The notes under the pieces are model-generated. The model worked only from the letters and a program-made list of their open reading frames with translations. It was not told the origin of the DNA and did no database searches. A stretch of DNA of 64,000 nucleotides from Clostridia bacterium (lineage in GTDB: Bacteria; Bacillota; Clostridia; Oscillospirales; QAKW01), in NCBI GenBank assembly GCA_017937065.1, contig JAGBEI010000013.1, forward strand, positions 95,333 through 159,332. Reading direction: 5' to 3'. The first letter of the stretch is position 1, and every line of letters begins with the position of its first letter. Position numbers and translations under genes: made by a program. Shown piece after piece: positions 18,210 through 27,379 of the stretch.

Positions 18210-19559
18210 ATGGCTGATAAAAACAACCATTCAGACGGGAAGCAAACTACCCGTCAGGGCTCCAAGCCCAATGTGACGGGCAGTTATCCCGGCGTAACGG
18301 GCACGTATAAGCCGCATTCGGCGTATCCGAGTTCAAACACCGCGGCAGGCGCGAAAAAAACACAGTCCGCAGGCACGCGGCAGCAAAAACCGATAAATGA
18401 ACGCAGCGAGGCTGTAAGAAACGGCACAGACAGCGCCGCAAAAGACAAAGCTCCCGACGCTCAAAAGCGCGGCTTTGATTTCAAGCTTTGGTTTTCCAGG
18501 GAAAATAACCGTGCGTTTTTAAAGCAGCTTCGCTATTACGGACTTATCGTTCTGGCGGCACTGATTTTGACTTTTGGTATAATCACTGTCAGCAACGACG
18601 TATTCGCATTCATAAAGCCGGACGAGAGCATAATAGTTACAATAGAGCAGGGCGGCGGAACACCCGCCATCGCCAAGGCATTGAAAAAAGCGGGCGTTAT
18701 TGAGCACCCGTTCATTTTCAGGCTGTACAGCAAGCTCAAAAAGGCGGACGGAAAGTATCAGTACGGAGACTATACGCTCAACTCCAATCTTGCCTATGAC
18801 CAGATTATTGCCGCGCTGAAAAAGCCGTCCGTTCAGGCAGAAAGCTATAAGGTAACAATACCCGAGGGCTCAACACAGGATGAAATTGCCGAGCTGCTGA
18901 TTTCACAAAAGCGCGTTGCGGCTGCGGAGCTGGAGCATGCGCTCAACGAATATGAGTACGAGGATTTCGAATTTATTTCCGACCTGCCCGACAGGCGCTG
19001 CCGGCTGGAGGGATATCTTCCCGCCGGAGAATACGAATTTTACGTCGGTGAAAGCGCCGTATCGATTGTGGAAAAGATGCTGACCCGCTTTGAGGAAACC
19101 GTTCTGACCGAGGAAAACAAAGCAAAGATAGAGCAGTCGGGAATGTCGCTTGACGATATTGTCACATTGTCGTCGCTTGTCTTTGCGGAGTGCAGCGATG
19201 AAGGAGCGTTTAAGGGCGTTTCCCGAGTTCTGCTCAACCGCCTTGCAGACGAAAACGGGCTCTTACAGCTGACAAGCACTATAAACTATGTGCTCGCCGC
19301 TGAGAAAACAGAGTTTACGGCAGATGACAAAAAAACCGACAGCGAATATAACACATATATCTATGCGGGACTTCCGCCGGGGCCTGTTTGCAATCCGTCG
19401 CTTGCGGCAATTAATGCCGTGCTTGCGCCGGAGGAAGGTTCAAACAAGTATTTTGTAAGCGACAGCGACAAGACCTATTTTGCCGCAACGCTTGAAGAGC
19501 ATAACGCCAATCTGAAAAAGGTTTCTAAATCGGCAAAGGGCACCGATACAATAAGATAA
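18210..19559 (+). CDS. mltG: Endolytic murein transglycosylase MltG (YceG-like) with a long disordered N-terminal extension
   Basis: 449 aa. About 110 aa of low-complexity N-terminus, one TM segment, then a YceG pattern (IPEG.T..EIA; YNTYIYAGLPPGPVCNPS). Confidence 0.85.
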   Translation: MADKNNHSDGKQTTRQGSKPNVTGSYPGVTGTYKPHSAYPSSNTAAGAKKTQSAGTRQQKPINERSEAVRNGTDSAAKDKAPDAQKRGFDFKLWFSRENNRAFLKQLRYYGLIVLAALILTFGIITVSNDVFAFIKPDESIIVTIEQGGGTPAIAKALKKAGVIEHPFIFRLYSKLKKADGKYQYGDYTLNSNLAYDQIIAALKKPSVQAESYKVTIPEGSTQDEIAELLISQKRVAAAELEHALNEYEYEDFEFISDLPDRRCRLEGYLPAGEYEFYVGESAVSIVEKMLTRFEETVLTEENKAKIEQSGMSLDDIVTLSSLVFAECSDEGAFKGVSRVLLNRLADENGLLQLTSTINYVLAAEKTEFTADDKKTDSEYNTYIYAGLPPGPVCNPSLAAINAVLAPEEGSNKYFVSDSDKTYFAATLEEHNANLKKVSKSAKGTDTIR

Positions 19560-19564
19560 AAGCG

Positions 19565-19599
19565 ACAGCGGGAAAATCGTTGATTTTCCCGCTGTTTTT
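19565..19599. terminator. Rho-independent terminator between convergent mltG and the DeoR gene
   Basis: ACAGCGGGAAAATC-loop-GATTTTCCCGCTGT followed by TTTTT. Confidence 0.85.
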
Positions 19600-20359
19600 A
19601 TGAAACTATTATTTCACAGCCCGCTTGCCTTACGGCATCCGCAAGCTCCTTCGGCGGCGTCTTATCCGTCAGCAGATAATCAAAGCATTCAAAACCGCCG
19701 AGAATACTCATGCAGTCCCGCCCGAACTTACTGCTGTCGCACAGTAAAAGCCGCACCTTGGAGTTTTCAAGCATCTGCCGTTTTATCTGCGCCTGTTCAC
19801 GGCTTGCCTCCGTTACACCCCCGCTTTCCGAAATGCCGCCGCAGGATATAACGCACAGGTCTGCACAAAATCCCGCGGCATACTTTACGGCGTCGGTGCC
19901 CAGCGCCGCGTCGGAATATCCGCTGACAACCCCGGGACACAGATACACCTTTGCACCGCCCGATTCAATGAGCCTTAAACAGTTGCGTATGCCGTTTGTT
20001 ATAACCGATACGGGCGCGCAGTCGCAAATATACGGAATAACCGCGCCCGCGCTCGAGCTTGAGTCCATAAACACAGTCGTATCTGCCCGCAGAAAATCAC
20101 GCACCATTCCCGCAATAAGCCGCTTTTCATGAACGTTCTGCTTTTCCCTTACCATTCCCGGACTTTCCACAGCGCCGCCCTCAGGCAAAAACGCGCCGCC
20201 GTGGCTGCGCTTTAAAACGCCTGATTTTTCAAGCTCGTTGAGATCGCGCCTGACCGTTGCCTCGGAAACAAAAAGCAGACCTGCAAGCTGAACAACCGTT
20301 ATACTCTTTTTTCTTTTCACAAGCTCGGATATTTTTTGCTGCCTCTCATTTTTAAGCAT
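19598..20359 (-). CDS. DeoR/GlpR-family transcriptional regulator
   Basis: 253 aa. N-terminal wHTH (RQQKISELVKRKKSITVVQLAGLLFVSEATVRRDLNELEKSG) and a DeoR C-terminal sensor domain. Confidence 0.85.
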   Translation of the reverse strand: MLKNERQQKISELVKRKKSITVVQLAGLLFVSEATVRRDLNELEKSGVLKRSHGGAFLPEGGAVESPGMVREKQNVHEKRLIAGMVRDFLRADTTVFMDSSSSAGAVIPYICDCAPVSVITNGIRNCLRLIESGGAKVYLCPGVVSGYSDAALGTDAVKYAAGFCADLCVISCGGISESGGVTEASREQAQIKRQMLENSKVRLLLCDSSKFGRDCMSILGGFECFDYLLTDKTPPKELADAVRQAGCEIIVS

Positions 20360-20362
20360 GGC

Positions 20363-21232
20363 TTATCCCTTCAGCGACATACGGTACTCGTGCATGTACC
20401 ACGGTATATCGGTGAGAATGACATTGAAGCCCTTTTCTACAAAAAAGTCCCACGCGGCATGCTGCCCTTCTAAAACCGCACGGTCGTCGTTGTGCCATGC
20501 CGACACGTTCCAGTCGGGGCCTATCATTTCCGAGCCGGTTAGCATTATATAATCCTTTTCCTTCAGATATCCGATATTCTTTCGGGAAATTATCTCGTCA
20601 TTTTCGGAATAGAATAAAAGCTCAAAGCCCGCAAGATTTATGTCATATTTCTCTGCTGCCCGTATCTGTTCGGTATTGCTGACAATAGCAAGATAGGGCA
20701 CGGGTATGCCCGATTTTTCCAAATCGCTCATGAGCTTCTCGTTGAAGCTTGTTTTAAACAAAAAGCGATTCAGCATACCGTACCTTTCAATAAGCTCCAG
20801 TGCGCCGCGGGTATAGGAAAAATCTTCAAAGCTTTTATCCCAGCAGCGGTCGAGGTTAAAAAGTGCGTCGGTGTCTTTAAATTCTTTCAGAAAATCCTCG
20901 AACCTGTCAAGACAGCGCCCCGTCTTTTTACCGTAATAATTGCGCGTTTCCAGCGACCGTATCTGCTCTGTTGTCATAGTGCGGCTGTTAAGATTAACGC
21001 CTAAATTCTGTTTCTCCGTTCCGTCATGAATACAGTAATATTCACCGTTTGCATTGCGGATAACGTCCATCTCGACCATGTCGGCGTGAAATGCAAAGCT
21101 TGCCTTATACGCATTTATTGTATTTTCCGTAAAGGTACCCATATGCGTGCCGCGGTGCGCTGCAATCAGAAACCCTTTGCGGCGTATTTCCTCCTTAATT
21201 GTGCCGTTAATTTCATCGTACTGTCTTTTCAT
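20363..21232 (-). CDS. Glycerophosphodiester phosphodiesterase-family protein
   Basis: 289 aa with AAHRG...EMDV...IHD motifs (GDPD catalytic His/Arg/Glu/Asp). Confidence 0.75.
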   Translation of the reverse strand: MKRQYDEINGTIKEEIRRKGFLIAAHRGTHMGTFTENTINAYKASFAFHADMVEMDVIRNANGEYYCIHDGTEKQNLGVNLNSRTMTTEQIRSLETRNYYGKKTGRCLDRFEDFLKEFKDTDALFNLDRCWDKSFEDFSYTRGALELIERYGMLNRFLFKTSFNEKLMSDLEKSGIPVPYLAIVSNTEQIRAAEKYDINLAGFELLFYSENDEIISRKNIGYLKEKDYIMLTGSEMIGPDWNVSAWHNDDRAVLEGQHAAWDFFVEKGFNVILTDIPWYMHEYRMSLKG

Positions 21233-21280
21233 ATTTTGTCCTCCGATAAAAAATGATTGATTGTGCTCATATTATAGCTT

Positions 21281-21315
21281 ATATTTGTTCGTTTTGCAAT
21301 ATAACAAACAAATAT
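21281..21315. promoter_or_regulatory. 13-bp inverted repeat (candidate operator) in the divergent GDPD/rhaA control region
   Basis: ATATTTGTTCGTT (21281-21293), 9 nt, then AACAAACAAATAT (21303-21315). The arms are complementary at 12 of 13 positions. Confidence 0.45.
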
Positions 21316-21397
21316 AGACATTTTTTTACTGCCGTGATAGAATATAGATAAATAATCGTCTGCATTCTGGCAGGCAGAACAAACGGAGGATACATAG

Positions 21398-22657
21398 ATG
21401 AACAGCTCCATACTCAAAGCATACGAGCTTGCCAAGGAAAGCTACGCCGCCATCGGCGTGGACACTGACAGTGTGCTCGAAAAACTCAAAAGCATTAAAA
21501 TTTCTGTCAACTGCTGGCAGGGTGACGACGTAAACGGCTTTCTGTTCAAGGACATTGCGCTGTCCGGCGGCATACAGACAACAGGCGACTATCCCGGCAA
21601 GGCTACAACCCCCGCACAGCTGCGTGCCGACATTGAAAAAGCAATGTCACTCATTCCCGGCACGCACAAGCTGAACCTTCATGCAATTTACGCGGACACC
21701 GACGAAAAGGTAGACCTTGACGCTATCGAGCCGAAGCATTTTCAAAGCTGGGTTGACTGGGCAAAGGAAAAGGGCATCGGGCTTGACTTTAACCCCACCT
21801 GCTTTTCGCATCCGATGGCAGACAGCGGCTTTACGCTGTCAAGCGCGGACAAAAAAACCCGGGACTTCTGGATTGAGCACTGCAAGCGCTGCCGCAAAAT
21901 AGCCGACCATTTCGGAAGAGAGCTGGGCGAAAAGTGCGTTACAAACTTCTGGTTCCCGGACGGCTACAAGGATATCCCCGTCGACCGTGAGGCGCCCCGA
22001 GCGCGCATGATGAGCGCTTTAGATGAAGTATTTGCCGAAAAGTACGATGAAAAATACAGTCTTGACGCTATTGAAAGCAAGGTTTTCGGCATCGGTGCGG
22101 AAAGCTATACCGTAATTTCAAATGAGTTTGCAGTGGCATATGCGGTATCCCGCGGCAAAGCATGCTGTCTTGACGCAGGTCACTATCATCCGACCGAGGT
22201 TATCTCCGATAAAATCCCGACGGTTATGCTGTTTACAGACGAGCTTTTGCTGCACGTCTCCCGCCCTGTACGCTGGGACAGCGACCATGTGGTTATAATG
22301 GACGACGAGCTGCTTGCCATCGCCCAGTCGCTTGTGCGCACGGGTCTTGTAGACAGAACACACATCGGTCTTGACTTCTTTGACGCGTCGATTAACCGTA
22401 TTGCGGCATGGACAATCGGCACGCGCAACATGATAAAAGCGCTGCTGCGCGCCCTGCTCGAACCGACAGAGGCACTGAAAAAGACTGAGCTGAACGGCGA
22501 CTACACCTCGCGGCTTGCTCTGACAGAGGAGTACAAAACCTACCCGTTCGGCGCAGTATGGGACTATTACTGCGAAACTATGGGCGTGCCCGTAAGAGAG
22601 AGCTGGCTTGCCGAGGTAAAAGAATACGAAAAGAAAATACTGGAGGAGAGAAAGTAA
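21398..22657 (+). CDS. rhaA: L-rhamnose isomerase
   Basis: 419 aa. The N-terminus ([16 protein letters not shown]...[11 protein letters not shown]) and the length are typical of RhaA. GGAGG RBS. Confidence 0.9.
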   Translation: MNSSILKAYELAKESYAAIGVDTDSVLEKLKSIKISVNCWQGDDVNGFLFKDIALSGGIQTTGDYPGKATTPAQLRADIEKAMSLIPGTHKLNLHAIYADTDEKVDLDAIEPKHFQSWVDWAKEKGIGLDFNPTCFSHPMADSGFTLSSADKKTRDFWIEHCKRCRKIADHFGRELGEKCVTNFWFPDGYKDIPVDREAPRARMMSALDEVFAEKYDEKYSLDAIESKVFGIGAESYTVISNEFAVAYAVSRGKACCLDAGHYHPTEVISDKIPTVMLFTDELLLHVSRPVRWDSDHVVIMDDELLAIAQSLVRTGLVDRTHIGLDFFDASINRIAAWTIGTRNMIKALLRALLEPTEALKKTELNGDYTSRLALTEEYKTYPFGAVWDYYCETMGVPVRESWLAEVKEYEKKILEERK

Positions 22658-23470
22658 ATGAAGGATATAAGAACAGCCCCGTTTTTGAAGGATTTCTGTG
22701 CCCTTGCGTCCAATATGTACCGTCTGGGCTGGGACGAGCGCAACGGAGGAAACATAAGTCTTAATATCGATGAGAAGGAGGCGGCGCAGTATCTTGACCT
22801 GAATAACGTAAAGCGCACCTTCACCATCACCTTTGACGCGTCTTATCTTGCAGGCAAGCTGTATCTTGTAACCGGCACGGGCAAGTATTTCAAAAACGTA
22901 GAGAGCGACCCTAAAAATAATCTCGGCATCATCCGCGTCGGCAGCGACGGCAAAACCATGGAAATACTTTGGGGCTATGAGGACGGCGGACGACCGACAA
23001 GCGAGCTGCCCGCGCACTTTATGTCGCACATTGAACGTCTGAAGGTTGACCCCAACCATAAAATTGTCATTCACTCACACTGCACAAACGTCATCGCCAT
23101 GACCTTTGTTCATTCACTCGACGAGAAGGAATTTACCAAAACGCTCTGGTATATGATAACCGAATGTCTTGTAGTGTTCCCCGACGGCGTGGGCGTTTTG
23201 CCCTGGATGGTCTGCGGCACGGACGAAATCGGTCTTGCAACCGCCGAGAAAATGCGTGACAGACGGCTATGCGTCTGGGGTATGCACGGAATTTTCGGCA
23301 CAGGCACCTCGATAGACGAGGCTTTCGGGCTTATTGAGACAGTCGAAAAGGCAGCCGAGATATACATGAAAATTGCCGACAAGCCGATAAAGGCACACAT
23401 AACGGACGACGAGCTGCGCGAGCTTGCCGTCGCCTTCAACCTCACTCCCCGCGCAGGATACCTCGACTGA
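22658..23470 (+). CDS. rhaD: Rhamnulose-1-phosphate aldolase (class II aldolase)
   Basis: 270 aa. Contains GWDERNGGNISL and HSHCTNVIA metal-binding His motifs. The ATG abuts the rhaA stop. Confidence 0.85.
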   Translation: MKDIRTAPFLKDFCALASNMYRLGWDERNGGNISLNIDEKEAAQYLDLNNVKRTFTITFDASYLAGKLYLVTGTGKYFKNVESDPKNNLGIIRVGSDGKTMEILWGYEDGGRPTSELPAHFMSHIERLKVDPNHKIVIHSHCTNVIAMTFVHSLDEKEFTKTLWYMITECLVVFPDGVGVLPWMVCGTDEIGLATAEKMRDRRLCVWGMHGIFGTGTSIDEAFGLIETVEKAAEIYMKIADKPIKAHITDDELRELAVAFNLTPRAGYLD

Positions 23471-23507
23471 TAAAGCGCAATTTTTAAAAACCGATAACAA
23501 GACAAAA

Positions 23508-23537
23508 TAAAAAAGCCTCCTGCCGGAGGCTTTTTTA
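23508..23537. terminator. Bidirectional rho-independent terminator
   Basis: AAAAAA-GCCTCC-TGCC-GGAGGC-TTTTTT between convergent genes. Confidence 0.9.
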
Positions 23538-23547
23538 TTGTTATTTT

Positions 23548-24873
23548 TTACTTTGCTTTTTTGCCGACTTTGAGTATTGCATTTACAACAATACCGATTA
23601 TAAGCGCAGTCGCGATAGACGAAATTTCAATCGGTCCGAAATTGAGCGTAAGCCCGCCGATGCCGGGGACAAGAACAGCGCTGACAACAAACAGATTGTT
23701 ATTGTCGCCCAAATCCACGTCATGCAGCATTTTAAGACCGCTTACCGCAATAAATCCGTAAAGCGCGATACAAACACCGCCGACAACACATGCGGGAATT
23801 GTATTTATAAACTGAACAACGGGATTCAAAAACGAAACGATAAGGCATAAAATCGCGGTAGTAATAATCGTATATATTGAAGCGTTACCCGATATTGCGA
23901 CACATCCGACCGCCTCACCGTAAGTAGTGTTGGGACAACCGCCGCACAGTGCGCCCGCCATTGAACCGACGCCGTCGCCCAAGAGCGTTCTGTCAAGTCC
24001 GGGGTCTTTTATAAGGTCACGTCCGATAACAGAGCTTAAATTCTTATGGTCCGCAATGTGCTCGGCAAAAACCACAAGCGCAACAGGCGCAAACAAAACA
24101 AGCAGATTGACAACCATTGTGGCAGTAACCTCGATGCCTGCATTGCCTTTAATCGCCTGCATAAGGGTAAATTCGGGCAGACGGAAGATACCGTCCATCT
24201 CAGTCAGCGGAGTATAATTAATAAGTTTGAGATAATCATTGTCGGTAATATTGCCAATCACCGTGAAAACGGACGCCGCAACGTAGCCTGAGAGTATACC
24301 TATAATAAAAGGAATGAGTTTAGTTGTCTTGTTGCCGCGGGCGGAGGCGATAACCGTCACCGCAAAGGTGATAATACCGCAGAGTATTGCCACAAGATTG
24401 TAATCGCCTGCGGCGGTGTTATTGAGATTGTTTACAGCACTGCCGCAAAGGCTGAGTCCGATAAGCGCGACAGTCGGTCCGATAATAACGGGCGGCAGCA
24501 GCTTGTCCACCCAGCCGGTGCCGATAAGCTTTATAACGATTGCGATAATCACATAAACCGCAGCCGCAAACGCCGTACCGATAATCGAGCCCAGAAAGCC
24601 GCAGCCCGCCGCACCGATAAGCGGTGAAATAAAGGCAAAGGACGAGCCGAGAAAAACAGGACTTCTGCGTTTGGTGAAAAGAACATAGACAAGCGTTCCC
24701 ACTCCGGCGCCGAACAAAGCCGCCGCCTGGTCCATAACAATGGTGCTCTGCGAAGCGTTGACAAGCGTCGGGACAAGCAGCGTTGCCGCGATTATAGCAA
24801 GCAACTGCTGAACGGCAAACACGAGGTTTGGCATAAACCTCGGACGGTCCTCAACATTGTAAATCATGTTCAT
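23548..24873 (-). CDS. NCS2-family nucleobase (uracil/xanthine) permease
   Basis: 441 aa, polytopic. Motifs typical of the UraA/PbuX family (FLGSSFAFI; TTYGE..G). Substrate not assignable. Confidence 0.8.
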   Translation of the reverse strand: MNMIYNVEDRPRFMPNLVFAVQQLLAIIAATLLVPTLVNASQSTIVMDQAAALFGAGVGTLVYVLFTKRRSPVFLGSSFAFISPLIGAAGCGFLGSIIGTAFAAAVYVIIAIVIKLIGTGWVDKLLPPVIIGPTVALIGLSLCGSAVNNLNNTAAGDYNLVAILCGIITFAVTVIASARGNKTTKLIPFIIGILSGYVAASVFTVIGNITDNDYLKLINYTPLTEMDGIFRLPEFTLMQAIKGNAGIEVTATMVVNLLVLFAPVALVVFAEHIADHKNLSSVIGRDLIKDPGLDRTLLGDGVGSMAGALCGGCPNTTYGEAVGCVAISGNASIYTIITTAILCLIVSFLNPVVQFINTIPACVVGGVCIALYGFIAVSGLKMLHDVDLGDNNNLFVVSAVLVPGIGGLTLNFGPIEISSIATALIIGIVVNAILKVGKKAK

Positions 24874-25030
24874 ACTGTATATTTCCTCCTAAAAATAATA
24901 ACTAAGCAAACAATCCCACGCAGCCGTAAAAAAATACCCTGCCGTGATGCGGCAGAGTAAATTCCGATGAAATCATGTCACCCGTGGCGATAATTCCCCT
25001 ATCGCATGCGAAGGCTTTTTAACCTGAGTA
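24874..25030 (-). promoter_or_regulatory. About 150-nt 5' leader of the permease, with an intrinsic terminator (attenuator or unassigned riboswitch candidate)
   Basis: Minus-strand RNA: ...GCGAUAGGGGAAUUAUCGC hairpin..., then CUGCCG-CAUCA-CGGCAG followed by GGUAUUUUUUU (24957-24928), lying 55 nt before the AGGAGG RBS. Confidence 0.55.
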
Positions 25031-25059
25031 ATTCTATCACAAATAATATTGTTTGTAAA
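25031..25059 (-). promoter_or_regulatory. Candidate permease promoter (TTTACA-17-TAGAAT)
   Basis: On the minus strand, TTTACA (25059-25054) and TAGAAT (25036-25031). Confidence 0.5.
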
Positions 25060-25098
25060 GCATTTTTCGACAAAAGAGAATATTTTTCTTTCACTGTC

Positions 25099-25127
25099 TT
25101 TACAGAAACGGCACAATCAATTATAAT
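25099..25127 (+). promoter_or_regulatory. Candidate glpP promoter (TTTACA-17-TATAAT)
   Basis: TTTACA at 25099-25104 and TATAAT at 25122-25127, 27 nt upstream of the ATG. Confidence 0.55.
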
Positions 25128-25154
25128 ATACGTAAATACAAGGGAGGGATAAAA

Positions 25155-25715
25155 ATGCAGTTTTCCGACTTATTCGACGAGGTGCCGATAGTCGCCGCGG
25201 TTAAAAGCGAAAACGAGTTAAATGCAAGCCTCATGTGTGACAGCAATGTTGTTTTTCTGCTGTTCGGGGATATCTGCAATATCCCGCGGCTTGTAAAAGA
25301 GGTAAAGGACAGCGGCAAGCTGGCGATTGTGCATATTGATCTTATCGAAGGGCTTGCAGCGCGCGAGGTAGGCGTAGACTTTATAAAAGAGCACACGGAA
25401 GCGGACGGAATTATTTCCACAAAAGCGGGGCTTATCCGCTATGCCAAAACGCTGGGGCTTATCACTATACGCCGTTTTTTTCTGCTTGACTCGCTTGCGC
25501 TTGACACAATATCCAAGCAGTCCGCACTTACAGACGCCGATGCGTTTGAGGTGCTTCCCGGAGTAATGCCAAAGATAATATCGCATATCGTCAGCGAGTG
25601 CGACAAGCCGATTATCGCCGGGGGACTTATCCGAGACAAGGACGACGTTGTAAATGCGCTCAGCGCCGGGGCAATCGCCGTATCCAGCACCAACTCCGAG
25701 GTTTGGTTTTTATAA
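25155..25715 (+). CDS. glpP: Glycerol-3-phosphate-responsive antiterminator GlpP
   Basis: 186 aa. Collinear by eye with B. subtilis GlpP (VHIDLIEGL; DGIISTK; FEVLPGVMPKII; PIIAGGLI; AVSSTN). Confidence 0.85.
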   Translation: MQFSDLFDEVPIVAAVKSENELNASLMCDSNVVFLLFGDICNIPRLVKEVKDSGKLAIVHIDLIEGLAAREVGVDFIKEHTEADGIISTKAGLIRYAKTLGLITIRRFFLLDSLALDTISKQSALTDADAFEVLPGVMPKIISHIVSECDKPIIAGGLIRDKDDVVNALSAGAIAVSSTNSEVWFL

Positions 25716-25818
25716 AATAAACGGTATTTTTTAAAGCAATCCGCGATTTTTATTCATGATTTTGCAATATTGAGCATGTATAATAATGTCAACAATATTT
25801 AAGAGGGAGCCGAAAATT

Positions 25819-27090
25819 ATGAATAATGATTTTAATAGATTTACAGAAGGCGGACAGTCGGCACAAAACGAAACAACAGGGCGTGAACGCACACAGTATA
25901 CCTACGGCGGATACCAGGGCTATACGCCGCCTCAGCGACCCAAAAAGGAAAAGCGCTCACTCCGCCCGGCGGCTGTAATAGCGATCTGCACTGCTCTGTC
26001 GCTCTGCGTCGCAGTTGCGGGAGGCTTCGGCGGCGCGTATCTTAGCAGCCGTATATCGGACAGCGGCGGTTCATCGGGAGGTACCGTTTTGTACCGCACG
26101 GTTGCGCTTAAGGATGAAGACGGAAACGATATAACAAAAACGCTGTCCGTCGGCGAAATTGCAAAAACTGCAAAAGACAGCGTTGTAGAAATAACGACAG
26201 AGGGAGTAACAACAGGCGACTTTATGATGCAGTACGTATCGGAGGGCGCAGGCTCCGGCGTCATTTTATCGGAGGACGGATATATTGTTACAAACCATCA
26301 TGTTATAAGCGATGCAACCTCTATTTCGGTACGTACGACCGACGGCAACAGCTACAAAGCGACGCTTGTCGGTACTGACGAAAAAACCGATCTGGCGGTA
26401 ATCAAGATAGACGCAAGCGGTCTTACTCCCGCTTTGATGGGTGATTTTGAGAGCTGTCAGGTGGGCGATACGGTTGTTGCAATCGGAAATCCGCTCGGTC
26501 AGCTCGGCGGCACCGTGACCGACGGCATTATCAGCGCGCTTGACCGTGAAATTACAATAGACGGCAACATTATGACGCTGATTCAGACAAATACCGCAAT
26601 AAATCCCGGCAATTCCGGCGGCGGTCTGTTCAATTCGAGCGGGCAGCTTATCGGCATTGTCAACGCGAAGTCCGCAGGCGAGGACGTAGAGGGACTCGGC
26701 TTTGCAATACCGATTGACATAGCGCAGTCTGTAATTGAAGATCTCATCGAGCACGGATATGTCACCGGACGTATCGAAACGGGAATTGAGGTTATAGAAA
26801 TCTCCGATTTCCAGACGGCAATGTATTATCGCGTAAATACCGCGGGTCTTTATGTATACAGTGTTGAAAACGATTCTACTGCCGCAAAAGCAGGCTTTAA
26901 ACCGGGAGACCTTATAATATCGGTTGACGGAACTAAAGTCGAAACACAGGAGGAGTATGACAAAATACTGGAAAGCCATGCGGTCGGCGATACGATCGAG
27001 GTTGTGGTCTCGCGCCGGGACGAAGAGCATAAGCTCTCGCTTGAGCTGACAGAATACTCGCCCGTTTCCGGAAGTATGCTCTCAGCATAA
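25819..27090 (+). CDS. htrA: HtrA/DegP-family serine protease with a C-terminal PDZ domain
   Basis: The preferred start is ATG 25819, 9 nt after GAGGGAG; the track ORF starts at 25786. One TM anchor, a His/Asp/Ser triad (TNHHV; DLAVIK; GNSGGGLF) and a PDZ domain. Confidence 0.85.
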   Translation: MNNDFNRFTEGGQSAQNETTGRERTQYTYGGYQGYTPPQRPKKEKRSLRPAAVIAICTALSLCVAVAGGFGGAYLSSRISDSGGSSGGTVLYRTVALKDEDGNDITKTLSVGEIAKTAKDSVVEITTEGVTTGDFMMQYVSEGAGSGVILSEDGYIVTNHHVISDATSISVRTTDGNSYKATLVGTDEKTDLAVIKIDASGLTPALMGDFESCQVGDTVVAIGNPLGQLGGTVTDGIISALDREITIDGNIMTLIQTNTAINPGNSGGGLFNSSGQLIGIVNAKSAGEDVEGLGFAIPIDIAQSVIEDLIEHGYVTGRIETGIEVIEISDFQTAMYYRVNTAGLYVYSVENDSTAAKAGFKPGDLIISVDGTKVETQEEYDKILESHAVGDTIEVVVSRRDEEHKLSLELTEYSPVSGSMLSA

Positions 27091-27122
27091 AAACCAAAAC
27101 GTCAAAATCAAATATACGAAAT

Positions 27123-27160
27123 CAGCCGTGCGGAAGTTTTCCGCACGGCTGTTGTTTGTT
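27123..27160 (+). terminator. Rho-independent terminator after htrA
   Basis: CAGCCGTGCGGAA-loop-TTCCGCACGGCTG followed by a T-rich tail. Confidence 0.8.
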
Positions 27161-27379
27161 ATATATATATAATCTATGTTTATTTATACAAAATACATAT
27201 AGTTATCTTGTGCAATTTTAATATTTTTTGCTATTTTGCACCTAAAGTATTTACTTTTTTTTATTTTAAAGTATAATGAAAATAGGAAGTATTTTATTAC
27301 AGGGTTTGATCATCGACTGTATAACGACGTAATTCTGACTTTATAAATTGTCAGAGAAAAATTTCGGGAGTATAAATCT

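Noticed and set aside
17316-18230. A 304-aa minus-strand ORF.
   Set aside because: It is antisense to the second Gfo/Idh/MocA gene, which has clear Rossmann and EKP motifs. No motif or RBS of its own.
22118-23074. A 318-aa minus-strand ORF.
   Set aside because: It spans the rhaA/rhaD junction on the opposite strand. Both sense genes are strongly supported.
24874-25030. A purine riboswitch or PyrR attenuator upstream of the NCS2 permease.
   Set aside because: Neither the purine aptamer core nor the PyrR loop UCCAGAGAGG is present by eye. The region is kept only as an unassigned attenuator candidate.
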